A DNA stretch of 64,000 nt, taken from IMG/VR virus record IMGVR_UViG_3300014819_000003, positions 1-64,000 of that record; one strand, 5' to 3'. Below are positions 36,584 through 46,910 of the stretch, piece after piece (within the stretch, counting starts at the first letter, position 1; every line of letters begins with the position of its first letter). The translations under genes were made by a program, and so were the position numbers. Source of the stretch: a virus. The notes beneath the pieces were generated by a model. It was not told the origin of the DNA. It made no database searches and saw only the letters and a program-made list of their open reading frames with translations.

Positions 36584-36913
36584 ATGGCAACAACAACGTA
36601 TGAGAGCCAAGAACTTTCCCTTATGGATGGTACGAAAATCACAGTGAGACCATTAAAAATCTCATTGCTTCGTCCTTTCATGACTAAGTTCGAAAAAGTG
36701 GCAGCGGTGGCAGACGATAACGAAAAGTCAATGACTCTTCTTGTCGAATGTGTGGAAATTGCTATGAAGCAGTTCAATCCAGAACTCGCTGATGTTAAGA
36801 AACTTGAGGAAGTTCTAGACCTTCCAACAGTTTATAAGATCATTGAGGCTGCTTCGGGGGTCAAACTCCAAGACGCATCTGCTTTGCTAAATGCAGCACT
36901 TGCAACAAACTAA
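36584..36913 (+). CDS. tail assembly chaperone, short (G-like)
   Basis: position; AGGAGG RBS; own promoter. Confidence 0.75.
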   Translation: MATTTYESQELSLMDGTKITVRPLKISLLRPFMTKFEKVAAVADDNEKSMTLLVECVEIAMKQFNPELADVKKLEEVLDLPTVYKIIEAASGVKLQDASALLNAALATN

Positions 36914-36938
36914 ATAAGAATAGTGAGAGGTGTCATAA

Positions 36939-39900
36939 GTGGCTGATGTTAACGCAAATATTGGCGTACATATTGACACCTCTGCAACTATTGCTCAACT
37001 CAAGGCACTACGTGCTGAGATATCTAGATTTAATCAATCTGTAATAAAATCAAGCGCTTCTGCTGCTATAGCACAGCGTGATCTACAAACCAACCTAGTA
37101 AATGCTATAAATGCCACTGGCAAATTCCATGCCAAGATGGGCTTAATTAGAACATCTACAGAGTCCTTTACACATGCCCTTGAAACCAATAAACTTTCAA
37201 TGCGTGAGTACTTCAGGTACGCTGGCGGGGCAAGTACAACATTCCGTAAACTATTTACAAAAGAATTTGACACTATAAGTCAGGTTGCTGCAGACCGTGT
37301 AAAGAGAATGCAGACTCAATATGTTAAGTTGGGTCGTGATGCATCTGGAGCAATGAAGGCAATATCCATAACTCCTACAACCTTAAATATGAAGGACTAT
37401 GGAACTCAAGTTGCAATGGCAGCACAGAGACAGGCACTTTTAAATCAATTATTGAAACAAGGATCAACTAATCTATTAAATTTTGGTAAGAATACTCAAT
37501 GGGCTGGTCGCCAGTTGATGGTTGGTTTTACAGTTCCACTAGCCTATCTTGGAACATCAGCAGCCAAAACATTTATGGCAATTGAAGAACAGGTTATCAA
37601 ATTTAAACGTGTTTATGGTGAAATGTTTACTACTTCAGACCAAACAAATAAGGCTTTAGAGGACGTTAGAAGGCTTGCTGAAGAATTTACAAAATATGGT
37701 GTTGCTGTAGAAAAAACAATTGAACTTGCAGCAAAGGCTGCTGCTACAGGTAAGATGGGTGCAGATCTTACTGCACAGGTTGCAGAAGCAACAAGGCTTG
37801 CTGTTCTTGGTGGAGTTGAACAAGAAGAGGCTCTAGATACAACAATTTCATTAACAAATGCATTTGGAATAGCGGCTGCAGATTTAAGTAAAAAGATTGA
37901 CTTCCTTAACGCAGTAGAAAACCAAACAGTTGTATCTATTGAAGATTTAACTATTGCAGTTCCAAAGGCTGGACCAGTTATTCAGCAACTAGGCGGTAAT
38001 GTAGAAGACCTTGCATTCTTTTTAACTGCCATGAAAGAAGGTGGCATTAATGCATCTGAAGGTGCTAACGCTCTAAAGTCTGGTCTTGCATCTCTTATTA
38101 ATCCAACAGATAAAGCATCCAAAATGTTGGGTGAGTTGGGAATTAATATTAAGGGAATTGTTGAAGCAAATAAAGGAAATGTAAAAGGCGTAGTTCTTGA
38201 TTTTGCTGCAGCATTAGACACTCTTGATCCACTAAATCGTGCTCGTGCTATTGAACAATTATTTGGTAAATTCCAGTTTGCTCGTTTATCTACTTTATTT
38301 TCAAATGTTTCTAAAGAAGGAACACAGGCATCAAGGGTATTAGATTTAGCAACTGCATCAGTTGAAGAACTTGCTATTATTTCAGAACGAGAATTAAAAG
38401 CAGTAGAAGATGCTATTGGAACAAATTTTAAAGAAGCAGTTCAGCAGTTAAGACTTGCTTTAGAGCCAATAGGAAAAGAATTTTTAAAAGTTATCACCCC
38501 TATAGCACAAACCATAGCAAACCTTTTAGATAAATTTAATAATCTTGGCGACGGAACAAAGAAATTTATTGTTATTGCTACAACATTAGTAGGGGTAATA
38601 GGACCAACATTTTTGATGACATTTGGTTTGCTTGCTAACGCAGTTGCTAATATTATTAAATTATTTACAACAATGCGTGGTGGATTTTTAAGGCTTAAAG
38701 GTGGATCAGCAGTCCTTGCAGAACAAACAAATTATTTAACCAAAGAGCAAATGGAGGCAACAACTGTTGCTGCTGCTCTTGATCAAGCACATAATAGATT
38801 AACTCAAAGATTTACATCAGAGGCTGTAGCATTACAGAAACTAAGAGCAGCATTTGATAGTGCTTCTGCAGCGCAGGCAAGATTTGCTGCTACCAATCCA
38901 GGAATGATGATTCCAGGATTTAAAGGTGCAAAGAAATTTAATTTTGGAACCATGAAAGTTCCAGGGTATGCAAAAGGAACTGACACAGTACCTGCAATGC
39001 TTACACCTGGAGAAGCAGTTATTCCAGCAGACATAGCACAAGATGAAAGATTTAAACCAATCATTCAGGCACTAGTAACTGGAGATCTTCCAGGATATCA
39101 AGATGGAACTGAGGGAGTTGGTAAACAGTCTGGAAGAAAACTCAAACAAACAGTATTTTTTGATTTTGATGATACCTTGGCTAGAAGCACATCTGCTATA
39201 GAACAATGGAAAGCAGAACGTGGAATCACTGGCAAGACTACACCAGAAATGTATGATGCATTTAATAAAGATGTTGTTGCTGGAAGAAAAGTTCCAATCA
39301 TACAAGAAAATATTGATAAACTAAAAAGACTTCAGGCTGCTGGTGTTGATGTTAGAATTTTGACTGCTAGAACTGCAAATGAAACTAACTTAGAATCACT
39401 TAAAAAAGTTTTAGCATCAAATGGTGTAATAATCCAAGATAGTAAAATTCAATTAAATAATACTGGAGATACTGATGCAAAATTTAAAGCATCACATATT
39501 AAGGGCTTTTTAAAAGATAATCCAGATTCTAGAGCACAGTTAATAGATGACAAAATAGAAAATGTAAAAGCAGTAAGAGCACTAAGTTCTGCAAAAGATA
39601 TGTCTAAGAGATTTGGTGCTGTTGTTACCTCTGCTGCTGTCGAACCTGCCGAGTTTGTTAAGATGAAAGACGGAGTTCTTGGAGTTAAGTTCCAAGGAAG
39701 AACTTATCCAGTTGGAGAAAATGAAGCAAAAGCAAAAGCAGTTGTTACTAAACTCAATGATGAACTCGCTGCTCAAAAATCACAAGAAGGAAGAATTAAA
39801 ACTGCAAACTGGGCAACAAACAGATTTGGGGAACTAGTAGATGCTAGAGACAAAGGTAGATTAATAAGCACATCAAGAATTTGGCGTAAAGAACGTGGTA

Positions 39901-42900
39901 GAGGTGGAATTAATTATGTAGTTAGAAAAGCGCTAAATGATCTTGCTGGTGGAAGCAGTTATGAAAACCTAATTAAGGCTCGTCAAAATTCGGAACAAAA
40001 ACTTGTTATGCAGGCCTTGGAAGACTATCAAAAGAGGACTGGAAAAGCCTTAACACCAAAACAAATTGAGCAGGCTTTACAGATTCAAGCATCACATGTG
40101 TGGCCAAGTAAAGATGAAACAGGAAGACAACTTAAGTTTGATGATCCATTAAAATGGCAGCGTGGTCATGTATTTGATGATTTAGGAATTCTTAATAATT
40201 ATTTGAATAGAACTGGAACAACTAGAACTGGTCAGCCTACAGCATTTCAGAAAGTTGCAGATGCATTTTTACAAGATGATGAATTTACTAAACAATCTGG
40301 ATTAAATAAACAACAACTTTATAAAGATTTAGAATGGGCTAGACAAAATAAACAACCAACAACAATGCAGGAACTGCAATCTATCAAGAGATTAGCAGAA
40401 CTTGATCAAATAATGAGTAATGCTGGAGTTTATACAAATAAGTCAGTAATTGATAGACTTGGTATTCGTGGAGTTGGAAACTTACAGTCACTAGCGAATG
40501 GTATTTATCAAGCAGAAGTGTCTGGTAAATTAGTTGCTGCTCGTGGTCCAGAATGGGCTAAAGGACTTGCAGCGAGAATATTAGATTTAGCAAGTATGAA
40601 ATCTGTAGCAAAAGGTGGAGCACCATTAGCAGAATATGATTTTGCTGTTGCTAGAGGAGAAAGAATAAAATCAACTGCTGGATCACGTACAGTAACAGGT
40701 GCAACTGGAAGAAAGAAACCAGCATCTACTAAGGCTGTAGGTCCTTCGGCTGGTCCAAAAGATACCAGATTGATTACATCAAAAGGCGTAAAGTCTATTA
40801 CTCCAGTAAGAGTTGGTCGTTTTGCTTATGGAGCAGAGGGTGGATTTGGAGATCAACGTGTTGCTGGTTCAACTACCGCTCAAGAAATAGCAAGAGAACG
40901 AAGAATAAGTCTTAATGAAGCAAAGAAACTTCTTGCACAAGAAAGAAAACTTGCTGAGGCAAGAGCAGCGGGTACTGACGTAACAGAAGAATCTGGTAAA
41001 GCAACATCTCAAAAAACTGAACTAGATAAAAAACAATTACAGCAGATGAGATATGAAAGAGTTTCTAGAATATCATCTCCAGTTGCAATGGCATCTGGAA
41101 CTGCAGTTATGGCTGGAGCAATGATGGGAGCGCCAGAAGGATTTACAAAAATGATGCTAGGCGTTTCTGTTATTTCTTCAATCCTACCATTAATGACAAA
41201 TCCATGGATGCTTGCAATTGCTGCAGTTGTAGGTACTGGTGCATTATTATTAAAATTTAATAATGATATAAAGAAGGCAAGAGAAGCAGGCATAAATCTT
41301 GCCAAAGCAATGACAATGAGTGCTGATGATGTAAAAGAATTAAGCATGATGACTGGAAAACCTAGTGCGTCAGAAATTGCAGATAGACGTAGAAAAAATA
41401 TTCTTGGTGGTGGAATAACAGAGCCACAACGTCAATTTGGTCAAAATGTTTTAGAAAGTGAATTTGGTAAAAAATTATTGGCTGATGTTCAAACATTGTC
41501 TAAAACTGGAATGCAGCCAAAAGATGTTGCAAAAAATATTTCTACACAGTTAGGGCAAGCAGTTCTTCAAGGAGTAATAACTATGAAAGAAGCAGCAAGT
41601 ATTGCTTCTGCTCTTGGAGAAAAATTAGGAAGTTATGAAATACCATTAAATATTACTGGTAATTTAAATCAAATATTTGGTCCAAATGGAGAAAATTTAA
41701 AAACAGATCCATTAAGAATTGCTTTAGAAATTAAAAAAGATTCAATAAATACACAAGCACAAGCATTTCAACAAGCAATAGCAAATAGAAAACCAACAGT
41801 TGGCCTTGGTGCAGCACAAACTATTGGTGGTGCTACTGCTGCTGGTGCTGCAATTGGAGCAGGAATTGGTGCATTTGGAGGTCCATTTGCTCCAGTTACT
41901 GCCACTGGTGGTGCTGCTATTGGTGCTGTGGTTGGTGCAATTGGCGGTACTGGTGCAGCAATTATTAATGAAGGTGATAAAGCAAAAAATGCAAAGTTAG
42001 ATGCGGCAGCACTTCAGTTAGGTATTGAACTTGTAGCACAAAACCAAGATCTTGTAGACTCACTTAATCAACAATATGATGTCAAAGTTAAACAGGCCAA
42101 GACAACTGCAGAAATAGATGCTATAGAAAAAGAACGTAAAGCAGCGGTAGATAGACTAAATGCAGAAAATACAAAAACACTACAGTTGTTGATTGAACAA
42201 AGAAAACAAATGGGCGACGGTACATTTAATGCTGCTATTAAGGCTGCAGCAGATGCAATGTATAAAGAAGGCCCAATGGCTGTTTTCAAAGATCAGGCAC
42301 TAGAAGCATTAAATTCTTTAGAGAGTTCAGATTTTAAAGCACAACTACAACTTGGTTTTGCATCTGGAGATATAGATCCGCTTACATTAACAAATATATT
42401 AAACCTATCTGCACAAAATAAACCTATACAGCAAGATATACAATTTTTAATTAATACAGAAGGTTTTGCAGACATGGCCGTGCTTACGCAACTTCTTAAC
42501 TCAGTTGCTATTGATCCAAAAACAGGAAAAGCAGACCCACTAGTTTTTCAAACTATTTTAAGTTATATAAATAAAAATGAACAAACTTTTGATGAAGATC
42601 TTGAGGCAGTTCGTCGTATTGCTGATTTTAAAGGTGCATACAACGTAACACTAGACGCAAAAACAAATGGTATTGAAAAACTTCAAATTGCTACAACAGC
42701 ATTAAAACAAATTGAAGATCTTCCAGAAAAAGTTACTAAACAAGCACTTATTGATGCAAATACAAACGGACAGTTTAATGATATTATTGCAAACTGGTCA
42801 GCACTTTCTCAAGGTAAAGATTTAATTAATAAAAATCTTATAGTAAATTATAAAGTCGGTGCAATAGATCCAAATTTGCAAAATGCTGCTAAGGCTGCAA

Positions 42901-45900
42901 ACCAAAGTGTTCCAGAATTTTTGGCTAAAGGGTTTGTTGCTCCAACACCAACTAATATTCCGCCAACAGAAACTCCTGGGCCTAAAAAGGGTAGAGATAC
43001 AACACTTGATGAATTATTAAAAAGACTTAAGTTTATTCGCAAAGCATCTATTGATGCACAAGGAGGAGTAAAAGAACTAGAAAGAATAACTGCTGGCAAA
43101 GGACTTACCAAGTTTAATGGAGTAGTACAACAACTTGCTGCTGGTCCAAAAGGTGGTTTTAATAGAGAGTTTATTTCATTCCTTGAGGGAATGGATAATG
43201 CAACTCGTAAAACATACATGACCATTAAAAATGGACAGGTCATTCTTACTAAACAAGGCAAGGCACTCAAAGAAGCATTTAATGAAAAAGTAATAGGTGA
43301 ATATCAAGTAGCACAGTTCCAAGCAGTTCAGGATACTAAGGCTCAGGGTGCAGCACTTGCTAAATTACGTGCTGCTGGAATTGATTCTGCCACCGCTCTT
43401 GAAATGGTCGCTGACGCTAATCTTGCAGTAGCAATAAATAGCAAAAATATTTCATCTGCAGAACTTAAGAATATGGCTACACAAGCCCAGGAAGCAAAAG
43501 ATAAAGTAAGAGAACTAAATCTTGAACTTCAAGGAACTGTTACAACAATGGTTGGTCGTGGTCAAGAACTAGATGAAACAATTAAAGTTATATCAAGAAT
43601 AAAAGAAATAAATCCAAATGTTTCTTCTGAATTCCTACAGGCTCTTGCTTCTGATAAAACTGCTGTTCAAGGTTTTTATGATGCATTTTTCAAAGGTGCA
43701 CAAAATAATGTACCTAATCTAAAAGATTATATAGATACATACTTTAAGAATAATCAATTAGAAGTAACTCTTAAAGGTATTTTAGATCCACAAGAACTTG
43801 TAAGACAGGCTCAAGAAGCATTTGATAAAGCATCATCTACTATTGATAAATATCTAAGTGCACAAAGAGCACAGGCAACTCTTCAGGTTGCACCACCAAC
43901 ACTAATGAATGAACTAGGTAGAAATCTACAAGTTGCACAAGATACATTAGTAGAAGCAGAAACAAATCTACAAAATATAAAGGATGCAACTGGAAGAACT
44001 ATAACAAACTATCAGTCCGAAATAGATGCCCTAAGACGAGAACTTGATGCTGGACTAGAAATAGAAATCAGAAAACTTACTGAACAGATAAAGGCTGAAC
44101 AGGATAAGATTGCTGCAGAATATGACAAGCCAATTGAAGGTCTTCGTAAGAACATTGAAAAAATTCAAAGAGATATTGAGATTAATTTTACAAGACCAAT
44201 TGAAGAGTTAAATAATCAAATTGATGATATTCAGCGAGGTATAGAACTAAACTTTGATCGTCCAATTGCTACACTACAAGAAGAATCATCTGACCTATCT
44301 AATGAATTAACCTTGATGGATAAGGTTGCAGAGTCTATAAATAAGAAATATGATGAACAAGCAGCAGCCTTGCAAAAAGTTGCAGATATTAATCAAGAAA
44401 TATCTGATCAACAAAAGGGACAATTAGATCTTGCTGGTGCATTAAGCCGTGGAGATGTTGCTGCTGCTGCTCAGGCTGCACAAGAGATGAGAGCACAGGC
44501 AGCGGCACGTGCAAAAGAACGAGCATCTGGAGTAATAGAAGCAGCAAGACAGGCAGAACTTGGAGGACTACGTTCTGCTACTGGAATGACCAGAGCACAA
44601 ATAGAAGAACGTCAGTTCCAAATTAGCCAACAAATATTCCAACTTGAAGAACAAAAAGAAGCACAGTTAACTAAAGTAACTGAACTTCAAGATCAAATTT
44701 ATGCTAAAACACAACTTCTTGAAGTTGAACAACGTAAGATTCGTGACCTTGAAGACCAGATTTATGCAAAAGAAGTTGCACGTCAAGCAGCACTAGATGC
44801 CTTAATTCCAAAGCAAGAACTATTAACAGATTTGGAAAAGAAACGTGCTGCCGCTCTTGAAAAGATTGCAGAAAAAGAAGATGCTATATCAAAAATTAAA
44901 AACTCACAAGCATATAAAGATGCTGAAAAGGCTGTTGCAGATGCTCAAAAGGCTGTAGATGCTGCTCAAAAGAAACTTGATGATATTGAAAAGAAATTAA
45001 GAGATGCGCTTGCTAAAGTTGATGCACAACAAGCAAAATGGGACGATATTAAACTTGGTATTGAAGGTGCTCAAGGCGCTGTAAAAGACTTTGATGCAGA
45101 GTTAGCAAATGCAAAAATAGCAGCAGATAAATTAGCAAAGGCAATTGCTAGTGTTGTTTCTGCAGATGCAAACATTACTGGCGCTGATGTATTTGGAAAT
45201 GGTTTAGGTACAAGTACGGTTACAGATGAATATGGATTAGATCCAAAAGATCCAGACTATCAAGAAAAACGTAGAGCAAGACAGGGTATTGGAATGGGTG
45301 CAGGTACAAAAACTGCAACAAAAGAAACTGCAACAAAGGCTCTTGCAACCAACCTTAATTCAGCAGCAACTTCTGCTACAGTTGTTCAAACAGCACTAGG
45401 AAAAATAGCAGAACTATCTAAACTTTCTGCTGTAGATCAAGAAAAGATTGCAACCTCTATTGTAAAACAGGCAGAACAGTCTGGACTGTTAAAGAGTGCA
45501 GAAGAAGCAATAACTCAGTTTATTAAAGATCAGGTGACCCCATCAGAACAAATAGCAACTAATACTAAGAATATGCTTGATTCTTTAGTTGCTGCAATAG
45601 TACCAGCCAATACAATTGCTGGAATATTTAATTCAATTTTAAGCACTGCAAATGCAATTTATCAAAGAATCTTAAGTTGGAATACAACAGTAACAACAGT
45701 ACATAATATTATAGAAAATGTAACAAGAAACATTACAGAATATATAACACAAATAATTAAACAAGTAGTTGATACTGGTCCAGGTAAGATGTATGGTGGA
45801 AAGATTACTGGATACATGGGTGGAGGTATGGTAAAGCCAATGTATCTTGCTGGTGGTGGCGCTATTGGATCTGATACCGTGCCAGCGATGCTAACTCCTG

Positions 45901-46262
45901 GTGAGTTTGTTGTTAATAAAGCATCTTCACAAGCATTTGCTCCTTTCTTAACAGCAATTAATGAAAGTAAATATCCTTCAATTTTGGCTAAAAATATATC
46001 AAATGCTAGACCAATATATCAAATTCCAATACAAACATCTTTATCTCAGCCATCATATGATATATCCTCTCCAGTATTTAGTGCATCTCCAACAAATATT
46101 GCAAATGCTGCCTATAACGATAACTCCAGTTCAGTGTATAATTATAGTGTTGGAATTAGTGTTGGTGGAACAAATGCTTCTCCAGATACAATAGCAAAGG
46201 CAGTAATGAACGAAATTAAATATCTAGACTCTCAGCGAGTTAAAAGTCAGAAGGTTTCATAA
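36939..46262 (+). CDS. tape measure protein with inserted HAD-phosphatase and other cargo domains
   Basis: 3107 aa, Ala-rich helical; TP901-like core; DTVPAMLTPGE x2; DFDDT HAD motif. Confidence 0.93.
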   Translation: MADVNANIGVHIDTSATIAQLKALRAEISRFNQSVIKSSASAAIAQRDLQTNLVNAINATGKFHAKMGLIRTSTESFTHALETNKLSMREYFRYAGGASTTFRKLFTKEFDTISQVAADRVKRMQTQYVKLGRDASGAMKAISITPTTLNMKDYGTQVAMAAQRQALLNQLLKQGSTNLLNFGKNTQWAGRQLMVGFTVPLAYLGTSAAKTFMAIEEQVIKFKRVYGEMFTTSDQTNKALEDVRRLAEEFTKYGVAVEKTIELAAKAAATGKMGADLTAQVAEATRLAVLGGVEQEEALDTTISLTNAFGIAAADLSKKIDFLNAVENQTVVSIEDLTIAVPKAGPVIQQLGGNVEDLAFFLTAMKEGGINASEGANALKSGLASLINPTDKASKMLGELGINIKGIVEANKGNVKGVVLDFAAALDTLDPLNRARAIEQLFGKFQFARLSTLFSNVSKEGTQASRVLDLATASVEELAIISERELKAVEDAIGTNFKEAVQQLRLALEPIGKEFLKVITPIAQTIANLLDKFNNLGDGTKKFIVIATTLVGVIGPTFLMTFGLLANAVANIIKLFTTMRGGFLRLKGGSAVLAEQTNYLTKEQMEATTVAAALDQAHNRLTQRFTSEAVALQKLRAAFDSASAAQARFAATNPGMMIPGFKGAKKFNFGTMKVPGYAKGTDTVPAMLTPGEAVIPADIAQDERFKPIIQALVTGDLPGYQDGTEGVGKQSGRKLKQTVFFDFDDTLARSTSAIEQWKAERGITGKTTPEMYDAFNKDVVAGRKVPIIQENIDKLKRLQAAGVDVRILTARTANETNLESLKKVLASNGVIIQDSKIQLNNTGDTDAKFKASHIKGFLKDNPDSRAQLIDDKIENVKAVRALSSAKDMSKRFGAVVTSAAVEPAEFVKMKDGVLGVKFQGRTYPVGENEAKAKAVVTKLNDELAAQKSQEGRIKTANWATNRFGELVDARDKGRLISTSRIWRKERGRGGINYVVRKALNDLAGGSSYENLIKARQNSEQKLVMQALEDYQKRTGKALTPKQIEQALQIQASHVWPSKDETGRQLKFDDPLKWQRGHVFDDLGILNNYLNRTGTTRTGQPTAFQKVADAFLQDDEFTKQSGLNKQQLYKDLEWARQNKQPTTMQELQSIKRLAELDQIMSNAGVYTNKSVIDRLGIRGVGNLQSLANGIYQAEVSGKLVAARGPEWAKGLAARILDLASMKSVAKGGAPLAEYDFAVARGERIKSTAGSRTVTGATGRKKPASTKAVGPSAGPKDTRLITSKGVKSITPVRVGRFAYGAEGGFGDQRVAGSTTAQEIARERRISLNEAKKLLAQERKLAEARAAGTDVTEESGKATSQKTELDKKQLQQMRYERVSRISSPVAMASGTAVMAGAMMGAPEGFTKMMLGVSVISSILPLMTNPWMLAIAAVVGTGALLLKFNNDIKKAREAGINLAKAMTMSADDVKELSMMTGKPSASEIADRRRKNILGGGITEPQRQFGQNVLESEFGKKLLADVQTLSKTGMQPKDVAKNISTQLGQAVLQGVITMKEAASIASALGEKLGSYEIPLNITGNLNQIFGPNGENLKTDPLRIALEIKKDSINTQAQAFQQAIANRKPTVGLGAAQTIGGATAAGAAIGAGIGAFGGPFAPVTATGGAAIGAVVGAIGGTGAAIINEGDKAKNAKLDAAALQLGIELVAQNQDLVDSLNQQYDVKVKQAKTTAEIDAIEKERKAAVDRLNAENTKTLQLLIEQRKQMGDGTFNAAIKAAADAMYKEGPMAVFKDQALEALNSLESSDFKAQLQLGFASGDIDPLTLTNILNLSAQNKPIQQDIQFLINTEGFADMAVLTQLLNSVAIDPKTGKADPLVFQTILSYINKNEQTFDEDLEAVRRIADFKGAYNVTLDAKTNGIEKLQIATTALKQIEDLPEKVTKQALIDANTNGQFNDIIANWSALSQGKDLINKNLIVNYKVGAIDPNLQNAAKAANQSVPEFLAKGFVAPTPTNIPPTETPGPKKGRDTTLDELLKRLKFIRKASIDAQGGVKELERITAGKGLTKFNGVVQQLAAGPKGGFNREFISFLEGMDNATRKTYMTIKNGQVILTKQGKALKEAFNEKVIGEYQVAQFQAVQDTKAQGAALAKLRAAGIDSATALEMVADANLAVAINSKNISSAELKNMATQAQEAKDKVRELNLELQGTVTTMVGRGQELDETIKVISRIKEINPNVSSEFLQALASDKTAVQGFYDAFFKGAQNNVPNLKDYIDTYFKNNQLEVTLKGILDPQELVRQAQEAFDKASSTIDKYLSAQRAQATLQVAPPTLMNELGRNLQVAQDTLVEAETNLQNIKDATGRTITNYQSEIDALRRELDAGLEIEIRKLTEQIKAEQDKIAAEYDKPIEGLRKNIEKIQRDIEINFTRPIEELNNQIDDIQRGIELNFDRPIATLQEESSDLSNELTLMDKVAESINKKYDEQAAALQKVADINQEISDQQKGQLDLAGALSRGDVAAAAQAAQEMRAQAAARAKERASGVIEAARQAELGGLRSATGMTRAQIEERQFQISQQIFQLEEQKEAQLTKVTELQDQIYAKTQLLEVEQRKIRDLEDQIYAKEVARQAALDALIPKQELLTDLEKKRAAALEKIAEKEDAISKIKNSQAYKDAEKAVADAQKAVDAAQKKLDDIEKKLRDALAKVDAQQAKWDDIKLGIEGAQGAVKDFDAELANAKIAADKLAKAIASVVSADANITGADVFGNGLGTSTVTDEYGLDPKDPDYQEKRRARQGIGMGAGTKTATKETATKALATNLNSAATSATVVQTALGKIAELSKLSAVDQEKIATSIVKQAEQSGLLKSAEEAITQFIKDQVTPSEQIATNTKNMLDSLVAAIVPANTIAGIFNSILSTANAIYQRILSWNTTVTTVHNIIENVTRNITEYITQIIKQVVDTGPGKMYGGKITGYMGGGMVKPMYLAGGGAIGSDTVPAMLTPGEFVVNKASSQAFAPFLTAINESKYPSILAKNISNARPIYQIPIQTSLSQPSYDISSPVFSASPTNIANAAYNDNSSSVYNYSVGISVGGTNASPDTIAKAVMNEIKYLDSQRVKSQKVS

Positions 46263-46909
46263 TGACTACCTCGGCATACTTAAGCGGGAGAAAAAGATAT
46301 CAGCGTCCTCAAGCAATACTGTGGTCTAATAATTCTGGAACCTTAACTGGTGGTCTTTATGTTCCTAATGGATATGAAGTCGGAGCAGATACTGCTGAGA
46401 CTGATCCAGATCTACTAAATCAATTTATTATATTATCTGATCACAATAGAAGCGAAATGTCTTTTACTCCACAAAGAATAGAACAGCGTCAGCGTACTAT
46501 AAACGGTCGTATGCGTTCTTATCATATTGCAGACAAGTTACAAATTAGTTTTTCTTGGAGTATGTTGCCATCTAGATCACATTATCAAGTAGCAGCATTT
46601 GATGATGCAACAGGATTATCTCCATATCAGAATAATACACAAGAGTTTACTGCAGATGGTGGAGCAGGCGGGGTAGCAATATTAGACTGGTATAACTCTC
46701 ATACTGGACCATTCTGGATGTATTTGGCATATGATAACTATGCTAACTTTAAAGAAAATGGAGAAGTTGTAAATAATTCTTTTGGCCACCTTGCACAATA
46801 TAATGAAATTATTCAGGTATATTTTGCAGACTTTAACTACTCTGTAGTCAAGCGTGGTGGAAATAATTTTGACATGTGGAATATATCGGTAACACTGGAA
46901 GAGGTCTAA
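46262..46909 (+). CDS. distal tail/minor tail protein
   Basis: directly after tape measure; ends WNISVTLEEV. Confidence 0.7.
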   Translation: MTTSAYLSGRKRYQRPQAILWSNNSGTLTGGLYVPNGYEVGADTAETDPDLLNQFIILSDHNRSEMSFTPQRIEQRQRTINGRMRSYHIADKLQISFSWSMLPSRSHYQVAAFDDATGLSPYQNNTQEFTADGGAGGVAILDWYNSHTGPFWMYLAYDNYANFKENGEVVNNSFGHLAQYNEIIQVYFADFNYSVVKRGGNNFDMWNISVTLEEV

Positions 46910-46910
46910 A

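Noticed and set aside
35808-36938. Programmed -1 frameshift in tail chaperones
   Set aside because: No in-frame XXXYYYZ site and no overlapping downstream ORF after the short gene
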